NCBI GenBank assembly: GCA_030041275.1
Contig: JASHOE010000287.1
Location: 12,041-76,040 of the forward strand
Length of the DNA: 64,000 bases
Origin: Streptosporangiaceae bacterium
Lineage (GTDB): Bacteria > Actinomycetota > Actinomycetes > Streptosporangiales > Streptosporangiaceae
Reading direction: 5' to 3'
Both the position numbers and the translations under genes were made by a program. This document shows, piece after piece, positions 1 through 10,038 of this stretch; position 1 is the stretch's first letter; each line of letters begins with the position of its first letter. Below the pieces are notes generated by a model. That model worked only from the letters and a program-made list of their open reading frames with translations. It did not search any database and was not told the origin of the DNA.

Positions 1-54
1 GATAACCGTGTGACGGCTCCTTGGCCAGGAGCGCGAGAACCACTTCCTGCTGCA
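1..54 (-). CDS. PadR-like transcriptional regulator, first 18 codons only (gene continues beyond the left edge)
   Basis: The minus strand shows GGAGGAGG, an ~8-nt spacer and GTG at 54, then QQEVVLALLAKEPSHGY. This matches the N-terminal winged-HTH opening of PadR-family proteins. Too short for certainty. Confidence 0.4.
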
Positions 55-72
55 CGAGCAGTTCCTCCTCCG

Positions 73-103
73 CTAACGGTTAGCTAGAGGATAACGGTTA
101 TCC
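73..103. promoter_or_regulatory. Two related palindromes upstream of the partial PadR-like gene: CTAAC-G-GTTAG (73-83) and GGATAAC-G-GTTATCC (89-103)
   Basis: Read directly. Both share the core TAAC-G-GTTA. They lie between the stop of the oxidoreductase gene (147) and the GTG at 54. Candidate autoregulatory operator. Confidence 0.35.
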
Positions 104-146
104 CTGCAACGTCAAGCGGGTTACGGACCGCGTCGCCGCCGCGTCG

Positions 147-1118
147 TCAGGGCATTTTGACGAGCACCTTACCGACCGCGCCCGCCTCGACCGCATCGTG
201 CGCGGCGGCCACTTGCTCGAGCGGAAATATCGTGACCGGCAGCTCGGTCAGCGCGCCCGCCGTCACCGCTCGGCTGATGTCAGCCACCGCCTCGTCCGCG
301 GCCAGCGCGGGGATCCCATACAGCAGGATGAAGCGAATCGTCACGTTGGCAGTCATGCACCGGCGGACCGGCAGCACAGGATCGGTGGCCTCGGCCGCGT
401 AGTCGACGATGTAGGTCGACGGGCCGGAGACCGCGAGATCGAGGTCCAGGTTTGCACCGAGCGCCACTTCCACGATCCGGTCCATCTGCGGTGCGAATGC
501 GCGCAATTGATCGGCGGCGCTCGCTTCCCGGTAGTACACGACCAGGTCCGCGCCCGCCCTCCTGGCCAGCTCCGCCTTCGCCGGGCCGCTCACCGTCGCG
601 GCCACCCTGGCCCCGTGGAACTTGGCGAGCTCGATCGCGTAATGCCCGACCGCGCCTGCTCCGCCTGCCACTAGCACGTTCTTGCCCTGGAGTGGTCCGT
701 CGGCGAACAGCGCCCGGTGCGCCGTGATAGCAGGCACGCCCAGGCTGGCGCCGAGCTCGGCTGAGGCGTTGTCCGGCAGCGGTACAGCCTGGCGAGCAGG
801 GACCACGGACCATTGCGCTGCGGTCCCCCACCGGCTTCCCGCCGCCGCCATCCAGGTCCAGACGCGCTGGCCCACCCGCGCGGCGTCTACGCCGGCGCCG
901 ACCGCATCGATGACTCCGGCGCCATCGTGGTGCGGTACCTGGAAGCCCTCGATCGGCCTCGGCGTGGCACCGCTGCGCGATTTCCAGTCCGTGGGGTTGA
1001 CCCCGGAAAGCTGCATCCTGACCCGGACTTCACCGGGTCCGGGCTCGGGCCGGTCGACCTCTTCGACGCACAGGGCACCGGCCGCCGAACCGTACGCCCG
1101 ATACAACGCTGCCTTCAT
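147..1118 (-). CDS. Zinc-type (MDR superfamily) alcohol dehydrogenase / NADPH:quinone oxidoreductase
   Basis: 323-aa ORF. GroES-like N-terminal part (GEVRVRMQLSGVNPTDW) and Rossmann nucleotide motif VLVAGGAGAVGHYAIELAK. Confidence 0.85.
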   Translation of the reverse strand: MKAALYRAYGSAAGALCVEEVDRPEPGPGEVRVRMQLSGVNPTDWKSRSGATPRPIEGFQVPHHDGAGVIDAVGAGVDAARVGQRVWTWMAAAGSRWGTAAQWSVVPARQAVPLPDNASAELGASLGVPAITAHRALFADGPLQGKNVLVAGGAGAVGHYAIELAKFHGARVAATVSGPAKAELARRAGADLVVYYREASAADQLRAFAPQMDRIVEVALGANLDLDLAVSGPSTYIVDYAAEATDPVLPVRRCMTANVTIRFILLYGIPALAADEAVADISRAVTAGALTELPVTIFPLEQVAAAHDAVEAGAVGKVLVKMP

Positions 1119-1170
1119 GCGGGTGCCTCCGTTAGCTCGGTTCCTGCACCGTGCGCCGCGACCAGGGCCC

Positions 1171-2115
1171 TCAGCCCACAGCGGTGATCTTGTCGATTTC
1201 CGCTAGCTCACTGGCGTCCGGCACCCACTGCCCAGCCGCAACGTTCGCACGCACCTGATCCGCTGACGTCGCGCCGGCGATCACCGAGGTGCAGCCGGGC
1301 ATCGCCGCGAGGCCGCTGATCGCGACCTCGAGCATCGTCCGGCCGTGCTGCTGCGACCACTCAGCCAGTGCCTCCACCGTCTCGAGCTTCGCGTCGGTGA
1401 TGTAGTCCTGCCTGCTGGCCAGTCTCGTGCCCTCCGCTGGCGGCACGCCCCGCCTCACCTTGCCGGTCAGCAGGCCGTTCGCGAGCGGGAAGTACGGCAG
1501 CACGCCGAGACCGAACTGCCGCGCGGCCGGCACGACGTCGCGCTCTACCCCGCGCTCGAGCCACGACCAATGGTTCTGAGCGGAGATGAACGGAACCGCG
1601 CGCAGTTCGCGAGCAGTGGCGGCCGCGGTGGCAATCTGCACGGCCGAGAAGTTCGAGTGGCCGATATAGCGCACCTTGCCTGACTGCACCAGTTCGCTCA
1701 GCGCGACGATCGTCTCCTCGATCGGGGTGACCAGATCGGGAGTGTGGATCTGGTACAGATCGATGTAGTCCGTTTGTAGCCTGCGCAGTGAGTGCTCGAC
1801 CGCCCGCCTGAGGTATGCACGGCTGCCCTTGGCACCGGCGGCTGGACCGTAGCCCATGCCCGGTCCCTGCGCGCCGAACTTCGTCGCGAGCACAACCTGG
1901 TCGCGGCGGCCGGCCAAGGCGGCGCCCAGGTACTCCTCCGACCGGCCGCCGCCGCCATAGGCTTCGGCGGTGTCCAGCAGCGTGACCCCGGCCTCGATGG
2001 CGGCGTCGACAACAACCTGAGTCTGCTCGACATCGAGCCGCCGACCGAAGTTATTGCAGCCGAGGCCGACGACCGAGACCATCAGTCCGGAGTTGCCCAG
2101 TGGCCGGTAGCGCAT
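1171..2115 (-). CDS. Aldo/keto reductase family oxidoreductase
   Basis: 314 aa. Motifs MRYRPLGNSGLMVSVVGLGCNNFG, LDTAEAYGGG and YIDLYQIHTPD are typical AKR signatures. Confidence 0.9.
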   Translation of the reverse strand: MRYRPLGNSGLMVSVVGLGCNNFGRRLDVEQTQVVVDAAIEAGVTLLDTAEAYGGGGRSEEYLGAALAGRRDQVVLATKFGAQGPGMGYGPAAGAKGSRAYLRRAVEHSLRRLQTDYIDLYQIHTPDLVTPIEETIVALSELVQSGKVRYIGHSNFSAVQIATAAATARELRAVPFISAQNHWSWLERGVERDVVPAARQFGLGVLPYFPLANGLLTGKVRRGVPPAEGTRLASRQDYITDAKLETVEALAEWSQQHGRTMLEVAISGLAAMPGCTSVIAGATSADQVRANVAAGQWVPDASELAEIDKITAVG

Positions 2116-2425
2116 GCGTCCTGCTTTCCGCGAGATACGTGAACCATTTGTGGCCGTTCCGCAGGAGATCGTATCGAGTTGGCTCGGCGTCGCGGCGCAC
2201 CGCCCGGCAGACGGCCGCGACGCCAGCAGCGAATGCCATGGCTCGCGGTGGCGGCTGCGGTAGCATCTCCGCAGCGCCGCCTGGCCTGGGTGCTTGCGGC
2301 CAGCCCGGGGCGCGGCCGCAGTCGTGGCATGCCCGTTGCGACCGAGCTGGCGCTATCCCTGCCGCCGACGCGCCCGTCCGGGACGCACAAGCCGACCACC
2401 GCTCCGGATGCGAGGGGGGCTGCCG

Positions 2426-3313
2426 ATGCACGAGGATGCCCAAGGCAACGGTGCTCGCTCAGGGAACGCGAGCGCGCCCACCGTCCTGCGCATTCTGCTG
2501 GGCATCCAGTTACGCCGGCTCAGGGAGTCGCGCGGCATCTCGGCCGCCGCAGCGGCCACGGCCATCCGCGGGTCGGAGTCCAAGATCAGCCGGATCGAGC
2601 TTGGCCGCCACACGGTCCGCGAGATCGACATCGCCGATCTGCTCGACCTCTATGGAGTTACCGACGCGACGGAGCGAGCGGCGCTGCTGACGCTCGCCGG
2701 CCAGGCCAACCAGCAGGGCTGGTGGCAGCACTATCAGGACGTGCTGCCGAGCTGGTTCCTGTCCTATCTCGGGCTTGAGGAGTCAGCGGAGTTAATCCGC
2801 AGCTACGACACGCAGTTCGTGCCTGGACTGCTGCAAACCGAGGAGTACTCCAAGGCCGTCCTCGAGCTCGGCGCATACCCGAGCGACCGAACGGGCCGGA
2901 TGGTTCTGCTCCGCCGGGAGCGGCAGCAGCGATTCGTCTCGGGCGGGCTGCGGCTCTGGGCGGTGATCGACGAGATCGCGCTCCGCCGCCCTGTCGGCAG
3001 CCCGGAGATCCGGCAACGGCAGCTCGAGTATCTGCTCGAGGTTGCCAAGCAGCCAGGCCTCACTATTCAGGTAACGCCATTCGGTACGGGAGCCTCGTAC
3101 GCGGCGCCCGGCAGCTTCAGCATTCTCAGCTTCGCCGCCGACGACCTGCCCGACGTGGTCTACGTCGAGCAGCTCACCAGCGCGCTGTACCTCGACAAGC
3201 CTGCGGACGTCGACCGGTACGTGGAGGTGATGGATCTTCTCGCGACGACCAGCACCCGACCCGACCAGACCCCCGAGTTCCTGCGCACCATGATCGCGGA
3301 AGTACCGAGATAG
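2426..3313 (+). CDS. XRE-family HTH regulator with DUF5753-like C-terminal domain (WhiJ/Scr1-like)
   Basis: HTH segment LGIQLRRLRESRGISAAAAATAIRGSESKISRIELGRH followed by GWWQHY...YLGLEESA...FVPGLLQTEEY. The ORF opens at 2294, but the first 44 codons are Arg/Pro-rich, so I start at ATG 2426. Confidence 0.8.
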   Translation: MHEDAQGNGARSGNASAPTVLRILLGIQLRRLRESRGISAAAAATAIRGSESKISRIELGRHTVREIDIADLLDLYGVTDATERAALLTLAGQANQQGWWQHYQDVLPSWFLSYLGLEESAELIRSYDTQFVPGLLQTEEYSKAVLELGAYPSDRTGRMVLLRRERQQRFVSGGLRLWAVIDEIALRRPVGSPEIRQRQLEYLLEVAKQPGLTIQVTPFGTGASYAAPGSFSILSFAADDLPDVVYVEQLTSALYLDKPADVDRYVEVMDLLATTSTRPDQTPEFLRTMIAEVPR

Positions 3314-3323
3314 GAGGAAGGCA

Positions 3324-3578
3324 GTGGGCGACACCGTCAGGGGACCAGCAGTCCCGGGCCAGACGGCATGCTGGGTCAAGAGCAGTTACAGCGGACCGAC
3401 GGGGGGCAACTGCGTCGAGGTTGCATTCCTCAACGGCGGTGCCGTGGCTGTGCGTAACTCCCGGCACGCGGACGGCCCGACGCTCGTCTTCACCCGCGAC
3501 GAGTGGCAGGCCTTCCTCTCCGGCGCACGGGACGGTGAGTTCGACACGTCCGGCGCGGACTGCAGTCCCTGGCGCTAG
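3324..3578 (+). CDS. DUF397 domain protein
   Basis: 84 aa. WVKSSYSGPTGGNCVEVA...VAVRNSRHADGPTLVFTRDEWQAF is the classic DUF397 pattern. GTG start 5 nt after AGGAGGA (3313-3319), 10 nt after the XRE stop. Confidence 0.85.
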   Translation: MGDTVRGPAVPGQTACWVKSSYSGPTGGNCVEVAFLNGGAVAVRNSRHADGPTLVFTRDEWQAFLSGARDGEFDTSGADCSPWR

Positions 3579-3602
3579 GGCTGCAAGCTCTGGCTGGTGA
3601 CT

Positions 3603-3627
3603 TCACGGCGCGTCCGCAATGCCGTGA
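3603..3627. terminator. Hairpin between convergent genes (TCACGGC - 11 nt - GCCGTGA)
   Basis: 7-bp perfect inverted repeat read directly in the 70-nt gap between the DUF397 stop and the convergent XRE stop. No U-tract. Confidence 0.25.
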
Positions 3628-3648
3628 TCACGCCGCGGAGCGTCCCGG

Positions 3649-4515
3649 TCAGGCCGATCCGACGGAAATAGATCGGATGAGAACAGCGGACGCGGCCGGC
3701 GATAGAGCGCTGGCTCGGAGCAAATCGAACGCTTCGGCTTGCGCCCGCACCTCACGATCGCGTTCCTCGATATACGCCTGTCCCGTGATGCCCTCGGTGT
3801 AAACCACGTCAGGATCCAGGCGCTCGGGAAATTCGATAATGGAGAACGAGCCGCCGAGCGCGGGGTGCAGGCCGCTTCCGAAGCCGAGCACCTGCATCGT
3901 CACATTCGGCCAGTGGCACGCCTCGTAGAGGTGCTCGAGTTGCTCGCGCATGACCCTTGACGGGCCAGCCATCCGCCGCAGCACCGCCTCGTCGAGGATG
4001 AGCCACAAGTCGAGCGGGCCCGGGCGATGCAGCGCTGCTTCCTGGCGCCGCATCCGCAGCCGGACCAAGCGCTCGATCTCCTCAGTTGTCTGCCGTCGCC
4101 GCACACTGGACATGACGGCACGCGCATAGCTCTCGGTCTGCATCAGCCCGTGCACCACCTGCGCCTCGTACACGCGCAGCGAGACAGCCTCGGTTTCCAG
4201 GCCGACGTAGATGCCGAAACCGGTCGGCAGCACCCCATCCCAGGGCGCCCACCAGCCCTTCTGATGTCCGTCTCTGGCCATCTCCAGCAGCACCCGGCGC
4301 TGACCGAGGTCGTCGACGCCGTAGAGATCCAGCAGCGGTGTCAGCTGGCCAGTCCGGGTCGGCGCCTTGCCGGTCTCGATTCGGGACAGCGTCGATGCGG
4401 GCAGGTCAATCCGCTCCGCCACTTCTTCGAGCTTGATTGACTGTGACTCCCGCAGTCGCCGTAACTCGCTGCCGAGGAGGCGCCGGCGAACAGTAGGACG
4501 CACGGCCACGACCAC
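3649..4515 (-). CDS. Second XRE-family HTH regulator with DUF5753-like C-terminal domain
   Basis: LGSELRRLRESQSIKLEEVAERIDLPASTLSRIETGK then GWWAPW...YVGLETEA...VHGLMQTESY. The ORF opens at 4665, but the plausible start is GTG 4515 (or 4509), just after AAAGGGGG. Confidence 0.75.
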   Translation of the reverse strand: MVVAVRPTVRRRLLGSELRRLRESQSIKLEEVAERIDLPASTLSRIETGKAPTRTGQLTPLLDLYGVDDLGQRRVLLEMARDGHQKGWWAPWDGVLPTGFGIYVGLETEAVSLRVYEAQVVHGLMQTESYARAVMSSVRRRQTTEEIERLVRLRMRRQEAALHRPGPLDLWLILDEAVLRRMAGPSRVMREQLEHLYEACHWPNVTMQVLGFGSGLHPALGGSFSIIEFPERLDPDVVYTEGITGQAYIEERDREVRAQAEAFDLLRASALSPAASAVLIRSISVGSA

Positions 4516-4654
4516 TCGCCCCCTTTTTATGACGGGAACGCGCACTGACCGGAAAAGGGTCAAAGAATGGCTGATTGCTGTGCGTGCCCCTTCGAGGACG
4601 ATACACGACGTACGTAGACCCCGTGGGAATTTCGTATGCGTCCGGTGCATTGCG

Positions 4655-4694
4655 CGTGCGTGCACGCTAGGCCGCCGTGCGTGCGCGCTAGGCC
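4655..4694. repeat. Tandem direct repeat CGTGCGTGC(A/G)CGCTAGGCC x2
   Basis: Read directly: 4655-4673 and 4676-4694 differ at one base. Located between the der stop and the second XRE gene start. Confidence 0.6.
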
Positions 4695-4716
4695 ATAACG
4701 GCGCGGTGCTGGAAGA

Positions 4717-6114
4717 TCAGCGCGCACGGCGGCCCGGCGGCCGCCGGTCCGTGTCACCGCGACTGTCGCGCTTATCTCGCAGCCGCATCGAAACGTGGAC
4801 AGGAGTCCCCTCGAAGCCAAACTCCTCCCGCAGCTTGCGCTCGATGAAGCGCCGGTAACCCGCCTGCAGGAAGCCGCTGGTGAACAGCACGAAGTGCGGC
4901 GGCCTGGTGCCCGCCTGGGTGGCGAACATGATCTTCGGCTGCCTGCCGCCGCGGACTGGCGGCGGCGTGGCCGCGACGAGCGAAGTCAGCCACGCGTTCA
5001 GGCGACCAGTCGGGATCCTTGTCTCCCAGCTCTTCAGAGCGAGCTCGAGCGCCGGTACCAGCCGATCTACGTGCCAACCAGTCTTGGCGGAAATGTTGAC
5101 CCGCGGTGCCCACCGCGCGTTGTAGAGCTGCCGGTCGATTTCACGGTCCAGCGACTCGCGCCGGTACTCGTCGACAAGATCCCACTTGTTGTACGCGATG
5201 ACCAGCGCGCGGCCCGCGTCGATCACCGTGGAAATGATGCGCAGGTCCTGCTCGGCGAGCGGCGCGCTAGCATCCACGATCACGACCGCGACCTCGGCGC
5301 GCTCCAGCGCCCGCTCGGTACGCAGCGCGGCGAAAAAGTCGGCACCCTGGGTCTGGTGAAGTCGGCGCCTGATGCCCGCGGTGTCGACAAACCGCCAGGT
5401 CTTGCCGCCGAGATCGATCACCTCGTCCACCGGATCGCGAGTGGTGCCGGCCACCGAGTCGACGAGCACGCGCTCGGTCCCGGCCAATTTGTTGAGCAGG
5501 CTCGACTTACCCACATTGGGTCGCCCGACCAGCGCGATCCGGCGCGGTCCGCCCGCGACCTCGTCCGGCTCGGCGGGTGCCGGCGGCAGCGCAGCCAGCA
5601 CCGCATCGAGCAAATCGCCGCTGCCGCGACCGTGCAGCGCGCTGACCGCGAACGGTTCTCCGAGGCCGAGGGACCACAGGGCGTGAACCTCCGGCTCGCC
5701 CGGCGCGTCGTCGACCTTATTGGCCGCGAGCACCACCGGCTTGCGTGACCGACGCAGGACGGCGGCAACAGCGGCGTCCGCGTCCGTCACCCCGACGACC
5801 GCATCGACCACGAAGAGCACCGCATCGGCTGCGTCGACCGCAATCCGTGCCTGGGCGGCCACCCTGGCGGCGAGCGACGGGGTGCCTTCGACCGCTGGTT
5901 CCCAGCCACCGGTGTCCACGATGGTGAACGCCCGGCCGCGCCACGTCGCGTCGTAGCTCACCCGGTCCCTCGTGACGCCCGGGGTGTCCTCGACCACCGC
6001 TTGTCGGCTCCCGAGTATCCGATTCACCAGCGTCGACTTTCCGACGTTCGGTCGACCGACAACAGCGAGCACCGGAACGGCCTCGATCTCGGCTGGCTGC
6101 GCTGGCTCAGCCAC
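4717..6114 (-). CDS. der: Ribosome-biogenesis GTPase Der (EngA), two tandem GTPase domains
   Basis: Two P-loops, [16 protein letters not shown] and [16 protein letters not shown], plus a KH-like C-terminus. Lies directly downstream of cmk as in most bacteria. Confidence 0.95.
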   Translation of the reverse strand: MAEPAQPAEIEAVPVLAVVGRPNVGKSTLVNRILGSRQAVVEDTPGVTRDRVSYDATWRGRAFTIVDTGGWEPAVEGTPSLAARVAAQARIAVDAADAVLFVVDAVVGVTDADAAVAAVLRRSRKPVVLAANKVDDAPGEPEVHALWSLGLGEPFAVSALHGRGSGDLLDAVLAALPPAPAEPDEVAGGPRRIALVGRPNVGKSSLLNKLAGTERVLVDSVAGTTRDPVDEVIDLGGKTWRFVDTAGIRRRLHQTQGADFFAALRTERALERAEVAVVIVDASAPLAEQDLRIISTVIDAGRALVIAYNKWDLVDEYRRESLDREIDRQLYNARWAPRVNISAKTGWHVDRLVPALELALKSWETRIPTGRLNAWLTSLVAATPPPVRGGRQPKIMFATQAGTRPPHFVLFTSGFLQAGYRRFIERKLREEFGFEGTPVHVSMRLRDKRDSRGDTDRRPPGRRAR

Positions 6115-6835
6115 GCGGTACCGCCCGTGACTGGGCCATTGCCACCACCCGGCCGACCACCTCGTCGAGCGACAAGGCGCTGGTGTCGATCCTGATTGCG
6201 TCCGCCGCCGCGGCGAGCTGCGCAGCGTCCCGCTCGTCCCGTCGCGCCTGATCCTGTTGCACGGCCGCTACGGAGGCCGCTGGATCTCCTAGTTCCGCGC
6301 TGCGGCGCTGGGCGCGCACATCCTCGTTGGCCGTCAGGTAGACCTTGACCGCCGCATCGGGTGCGACGACCGTGCCGATATCGCGGCCTTCGGCCACGAT
6401 CCCGGCACCGCTGGCAGCCGCGCTGGCGATGATGTCCCGTTGCATAGCGATGAGCAGCGCGCGAACCTGCGGGATGACCGCGACCGTACTGACCGAGTTC
6501 GAGACCCGCCGGGTCCGGATCGGCTCGGCGACATCCTGGCCGTCAACGTCGATGCGCGGGTGCCGCGGATCAGTACCCACCTCAATCTTCGGCTCCGCAA
6601 TCCGGGCCACGATTGCTCCGGTGTCGGTCAGGTCCACCTTCTGCTCCTGCAGCCACCAGGTCAGTGCCCGGTACATGGCGCCGGTGTCGAGGTAGTGCAG
6701 GCCGAGGGCGAGTGCGACCCGCCGCGCGGCGGTCGACTTACCCGAGCCGGCCGGGCCGTCGATGGCGATCACGGCGCCGGACCGGGGCACTTCCCCCATA
6801 CTGGCCGAAACCATATTGGCGGCTGATTCGATCAC
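6107..6835 (-). CDS. cmk: Cytidylate kinase
   Basis: [35 protein letters not shown]. The GTG start overlaps the tyrA stop (GTGA). Confidence 0.9.
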   Translation of the reverse strand: MIESAANMVSASMGEVPRSGAVIAIDGPAGSGKSTAARRVALALGLHYLDTGAMYRALTWWLQEQKVDLTDTGAIVARIAEPKIEVGTDPRHPRIDVDGQDVAEPIRTRRVSNSVSTVAVIPQVRALLIAMQRDIIASAAASGAGIVAEGRDIGTVVAPDAAVKVYLTANEDVRAQRRSAELGDPAASVAAVQQDQARRDERDAAQLAAAADAIRIDTSALSLDEVVGRVVAMAQSRAVPRG

Positions 6836-7992
6836 GAGGTGATGTTACCGGCGACGCGCACCGAGGCCGGCCAGCCGGCGGCCGCCAGCGCGTCGGCCAG
6901 AGATCTCCCGGCTGCCGGGCTGACCCACAGCTCGGCCACGCCGACCGGCAGGCCAGGCGAGTGCTCGATGCTGATGTCCTCGATGTTCACGCCCGCCGCG
7001 CCCGCCGCCTGGAACAACCGCGCGAGCTCACCCGGCCGGTCCGGAATGACGACCTGCACGGCTGCGAAGCCTGTGGTGGGGCCGCCGTGCTTACCGGGGA
7101 TCCTGCCCACCCCGGCGCTGCCGCGCTCAAGCAGATCCGCCACCTGCTTGGCAGCCTGCTCGTCACCGGCCGCGAGACTGTCCAGCGCGTCCGCGGTCTC
7201 GGACAGGTCAGCGGCCACCGCTCGCAGCACGGCACTCGCGGGCCGCGGGTTCGCAGCGAGGATCTGTACCCACATGCTCGCCCCGGCGGCGGCGACCCGG
7301 GTCACGTCACGCAGACCCTGGCCCGCCAAGGCCAGTGCACTGGCAGGCGCATACTCGAGCCGTGCTGCCATGGCTGCCGCGACGGCGTGCGGGGCATGCG
7401 ATACCAGCGCCACCCACTGGTCATGGTCGGCCGCCGGAACCCTGACCGGCTGAGCGCCACACGCCTCAGCCAGGCGGATGACCAATTCGACGTCGGCCTC
7501 GGCATTGGCCGGCTGCGGGCAGATGACCCACGGCCTGCCGGTAAACAGGTCTGCCCTGGCAGCGGCCGGCCCCGACCGTTCCCGGCCGGAGAGCGGATGG
7601 CCGGGTACGTAGCTGGTCATGTCACAGCCAAGGTCGCGGGCTTGCGCCAGCGGCAGCTCCTTGACGCTGGCCACGTCGGTATAGCAGCGCGCGAGTCCGC
7701 GCGACTGGGCCGTGCGCAGCTGCCCGGCCACAGCGGCGGGCGGGACCGCCAGGACGGCCAGCTCGGCCGGACCGCCGGTCAGCCCGGTGCCGGACAGCGG
7801 GTCGCCAGCGCCGAGACTGACAGCGAGAGCGAGCGCGTCCTCATCCTGGTCGGCCAGCCACACCGCTGAACCACCGGCCCGCAACGCCAGCGCTACCGAC
7901 GTGCCAATCAGCCCGGTCCCGATCACCACGACGCTAGCCGGGCCGGATCGGGCCAGGTCGGGGCCAGCTGGCACGAGGCCCGGTTCGGTCAT
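6832..7992 (-). CDS. tyrA: Prephenate dehydrogenase
   Basis: Rossmann VVVIGTGLIGTSVALAL, conserved GHPLSG, C-terminal ACT-like part. The ORF opens at 8133, but ATG 7992 overlaps the aroH stop (ATGA) and removes an Arg-rich extension. Confidence 0.85.
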   Translation of the reverse strand: MTEPGLVPAGPDLARSGPASVVVIGTGLIGTSVALALRAGGSAVWLADQDEDALALAVSLGAGDPLSGTGLTGGPAELAVLAVPPAAVAGQLRTAQSRGLARCYTDVASVKELPLAQARDLGCDMTSYVPGHPLSGRERSGPAAARADLFTGRPWVICPQPANAEADVELVIRLAEACGAQPVRVPAADHDQWVALVSHAPHAVAAAMAARLEYAPASALALAGQGLRDVTRVAAAGASMWVQILAANPRPASAVLRAVAADLSETADALDSLAAGDEQAAKQVADLLERGSAGVGRIPGKHGGPTTGFAAVQVVIPDRPGELARLFQAAGAAGVNIEDISIEHSPGLPVGVAELWVSPAAGRSLADALAAAGWPASVRVAGNITS

Positions 7993-8351
7993 TGCGCGAT
8001 GTCCAGCCGCAGCGCCGCGGCCCCTCGCAGATACACGTGCTGCAGTGCCGACCTCGGCTTGCCGGTCTCGATGTGCATCATCAGCCGGACCACCCGCGGC
8101 ATCGCGCCCGGTACGTCGATCTCCGACGCGCACAGCAGCGGTACTTCCTGAAACCCGAGCTTGCGCGCCGCGAGCGCGGGAAACTCGGCGGTCAGGTCAG
8201 GCGTCGCGGTGAACAGCACGCTGATGACGTCGTACGTGCTGAGCTCGTTGCGGCTCATCACCTCCGTCACCAACTCCGTCGTCCCGGCCAGGATCTCGTC
8301 CCGGTCGTTCCCGCCGATCTGAACGGCGCCGCGGACTGCCCGGACTGCCAC
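7989..8351 (-). CDS. aroH: Chorismate mutase, AroH class
   Basis: 120 aa. VRAVRGAVQ...VISVLFTATPDL...FPALAAR...VPLLCASEIDVPGAMPRVVRLMMH matches the monofunctional AroH fold signature. Confidence 0.85.
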   Translation of the reverse strand: MAVRAVRGAVQIGGNDRDEILAGTTELVTEVMSRNELSTYDVISVLFTATPDLTAEFPALAARKLGFQEVPLLCASEIDVPGAMPRVVRLMMHIETGKPRSALQHVYLRGAAALRLDIAQ

Positions 8352-8447
8352 ATTCCCTCCTTCTGAGCCGTGCTCTGCTATGACAGGTCCTCAGTCGGAC
8401 CAGCCGCCGTGGCGCTGCTCACGCTGCTGTGTAGCTGCGACGGCAGG

Positions 8448-9323
8448 CTACAGGCCGACTGCCGCGTACAGTTCGCCGACTTCCCTGGTGGACAGTGGCC
8501 TGGTCACGCCAGGCTGCAGTGAGCCCAAGACGATGGGCCCGACCTGCGTCCGCACCAGCCTGGTCACCGGATGTCCGGCCGCCGCCAGCATCCGCCTCAC
8601 GATGTGCTTGCGCCCCTCATGCAGCGTAATCTCCACGAGCGCGCGGCCGCCGACCTGCTCGATTACCCGGAATTTATCCGCGCTGGCGACGCCGTCGTCG
8701 AGGTCGATGCCGGTGAGAAGCTGACGACTCAGGCCGCGCGGCACTTGTCCAGTCACCTCGGCTAGATAGGTCTTGGGCACGCCGAACCGCGGATGGGTGA
8801 GGCGGTGCGCCAGTTCGCCGTCGTTGGTAAGGAGCACCAGGCCTTCGGTGTCATAGTCGAGCCTGCCCACGTGGAACAGCCGCTCTGCGGTGCTGCCGAG
8901 CAGGTCGGCCATAGTCGTTCGGCCGCGACTGTCCGACATGGCAGTGAGCACCTGAGCCGGCTTGTTCAGCGCCAGGTAGACCAGGTCGCTGCTAGCCGGG
9001 ATGCGGCGGCCATCGACACGGATGACCTGCCGCTGCGGGTCGACCCTGGCGCCGAACCTGCGCACGACCTCGCCGTCGACCTCCACCCGTCCAGCACCGA
9101 TTAGCTCCTCGCAGTGGCGTCGGCTGCCGACACCGGCCGCTGCGAGGACCTTCTGCAGCCGCACACCGCCGGGCTCGTCTGTCAGCGAGTCCCGCTGCGC
9201 TCCGGCCCAATCGCCCGAGTCTTCGTCGTCGAATTCGGCGTGCAGCCGACGCGCCGCCGCCTGGGCCCTGGCCAGCTCGGCCTCGCTGAGACGCGCGGGG
9301 CGGTCGCTACCGTGCCGCGTCAT
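8448..9323 (-). CDS. rluB: Pseudouridine synthase (RluB/RsuA family) with N-terminal S4 domain
   Basis: S4 motif RLQKVLAAAGVGSRRHCEELIGAGRVEVDG and catalytic HVGRLDYDTEGLVLLTNDGELAHRLTHP. Confidence 0.9.
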   Translation of the reverse strand: MTRHGSDRPARLSEAELARAQAAARRLHAEFDDEDSGDWAGAQRDSLTDEPGGVRLQKVLAAAGVGSRRHCEELIGAGRVEVDGEVVRRFGARVDPQRQVIRVDGRRIPASSDLVYLALNKPAQVLTAMSDSRGRTTMADLLGSTAERLFHVGRLDYDTEGLVLLTNDGELAHRLTHPRFGVPKTYLAEVTGQVPRGLSRQLLTGIDLDDGVASADKFRVIEQVGGRALVEITLHEGRKHIVRRMLAAAGHPVTRLVRTQVGPIVLGSLQPGVTRPLSTREVGELYAAVGL

Positions 9324-10023
9324 GAGCAGGATCCAGCTCTTCGTCGAGGCGGTCGGGCAGGAACTGAGTCAGCTCCGGCAGATCCGACAGCCGGGCCAGG
9401 CCCAGCCGTTCCAGGAAATAGCCGGTCGTCCGGAACAGGGTCGCTCCGGTCTCGCCGTCGGTGCCCGCTTCCTCGACAAGCCCGCGCAGGACGAGCGTGC
9501 GGATGACGCCATCACAGTTGACGCCGCGGACAGCCGAAATCCGGCCGCGACTGACCGGTTGCCGGTAAGCGACCACCGCGAGTGTCTCCAGCGCCGCTTG
9601 CGTGAGCCTGATTTCCTGGCCATCGCCGACGAACCGCTCAACCACCTCCGCGCACTCATCCCTGGTGTAGAGGCGCCAGCCGCCGGCCACTTCACGCAGG
9701 TCGAAGCCGCGGCGCTCCGCGGTATATGAGGCGGCAAGATCCCGCAGCGCGGTCGCCACCACCGGAGCCGGTTGCCTGGTCACCTCCGCGAGGACGTGCT
9801 CCGGCACCGGCTCGTCGGCGACGAGCAGGATCGCCTCCAGGCTCATCCGCAGGCCGGGGCTCGGGACAGTGCCGCCCGCAGAGGCAGTGCCGTCCGCAGT
9901 AGCAGCGCCCCTCTCGGGGGCGATGTTGCCCTCGGAGGCGAGCCCGGCTGCGCCGACCGGGCTTGCGTCACCGGCCAGAGCAGCGTGGCCGTCGGTGTCG
10001 GCCATCAGCGCTCCATCCCCCAC
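9307..10023 (-). CDS. scpB: Segregation and condensation protein B
   Basis: LEAILLVADEPV...LREVAGGWRLYT...LTQAALETLAVVAYRQPVSRGRISAVRGVNCDGVIRTL. Follows scpA. N-terminal start uncertain. Confidence 0.85.
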   Translation of the reverse strand: MGDGALMADTDGHAALAGDASPVGAAGLASEGNIAPERGAATADGTASAGGTVPSPGLRMSLEAILLVADEPVPEHVLAEVTRQPAPVVATALRDLAASYTAERRGFDLREVAGGWRLYTRDECAEVVERFVGDGQEIRLTQAALETLAVVAYRQPVSRGRISAVRGVNCDGVIRTLVLRGLVEEAGTDGETGATLFRTTGYFLERLGLARLSDLPELTQFLPDRLDEELDPAHDAAR

Positions 10024-10038
10024 ATGGCAGCTTCGCGG

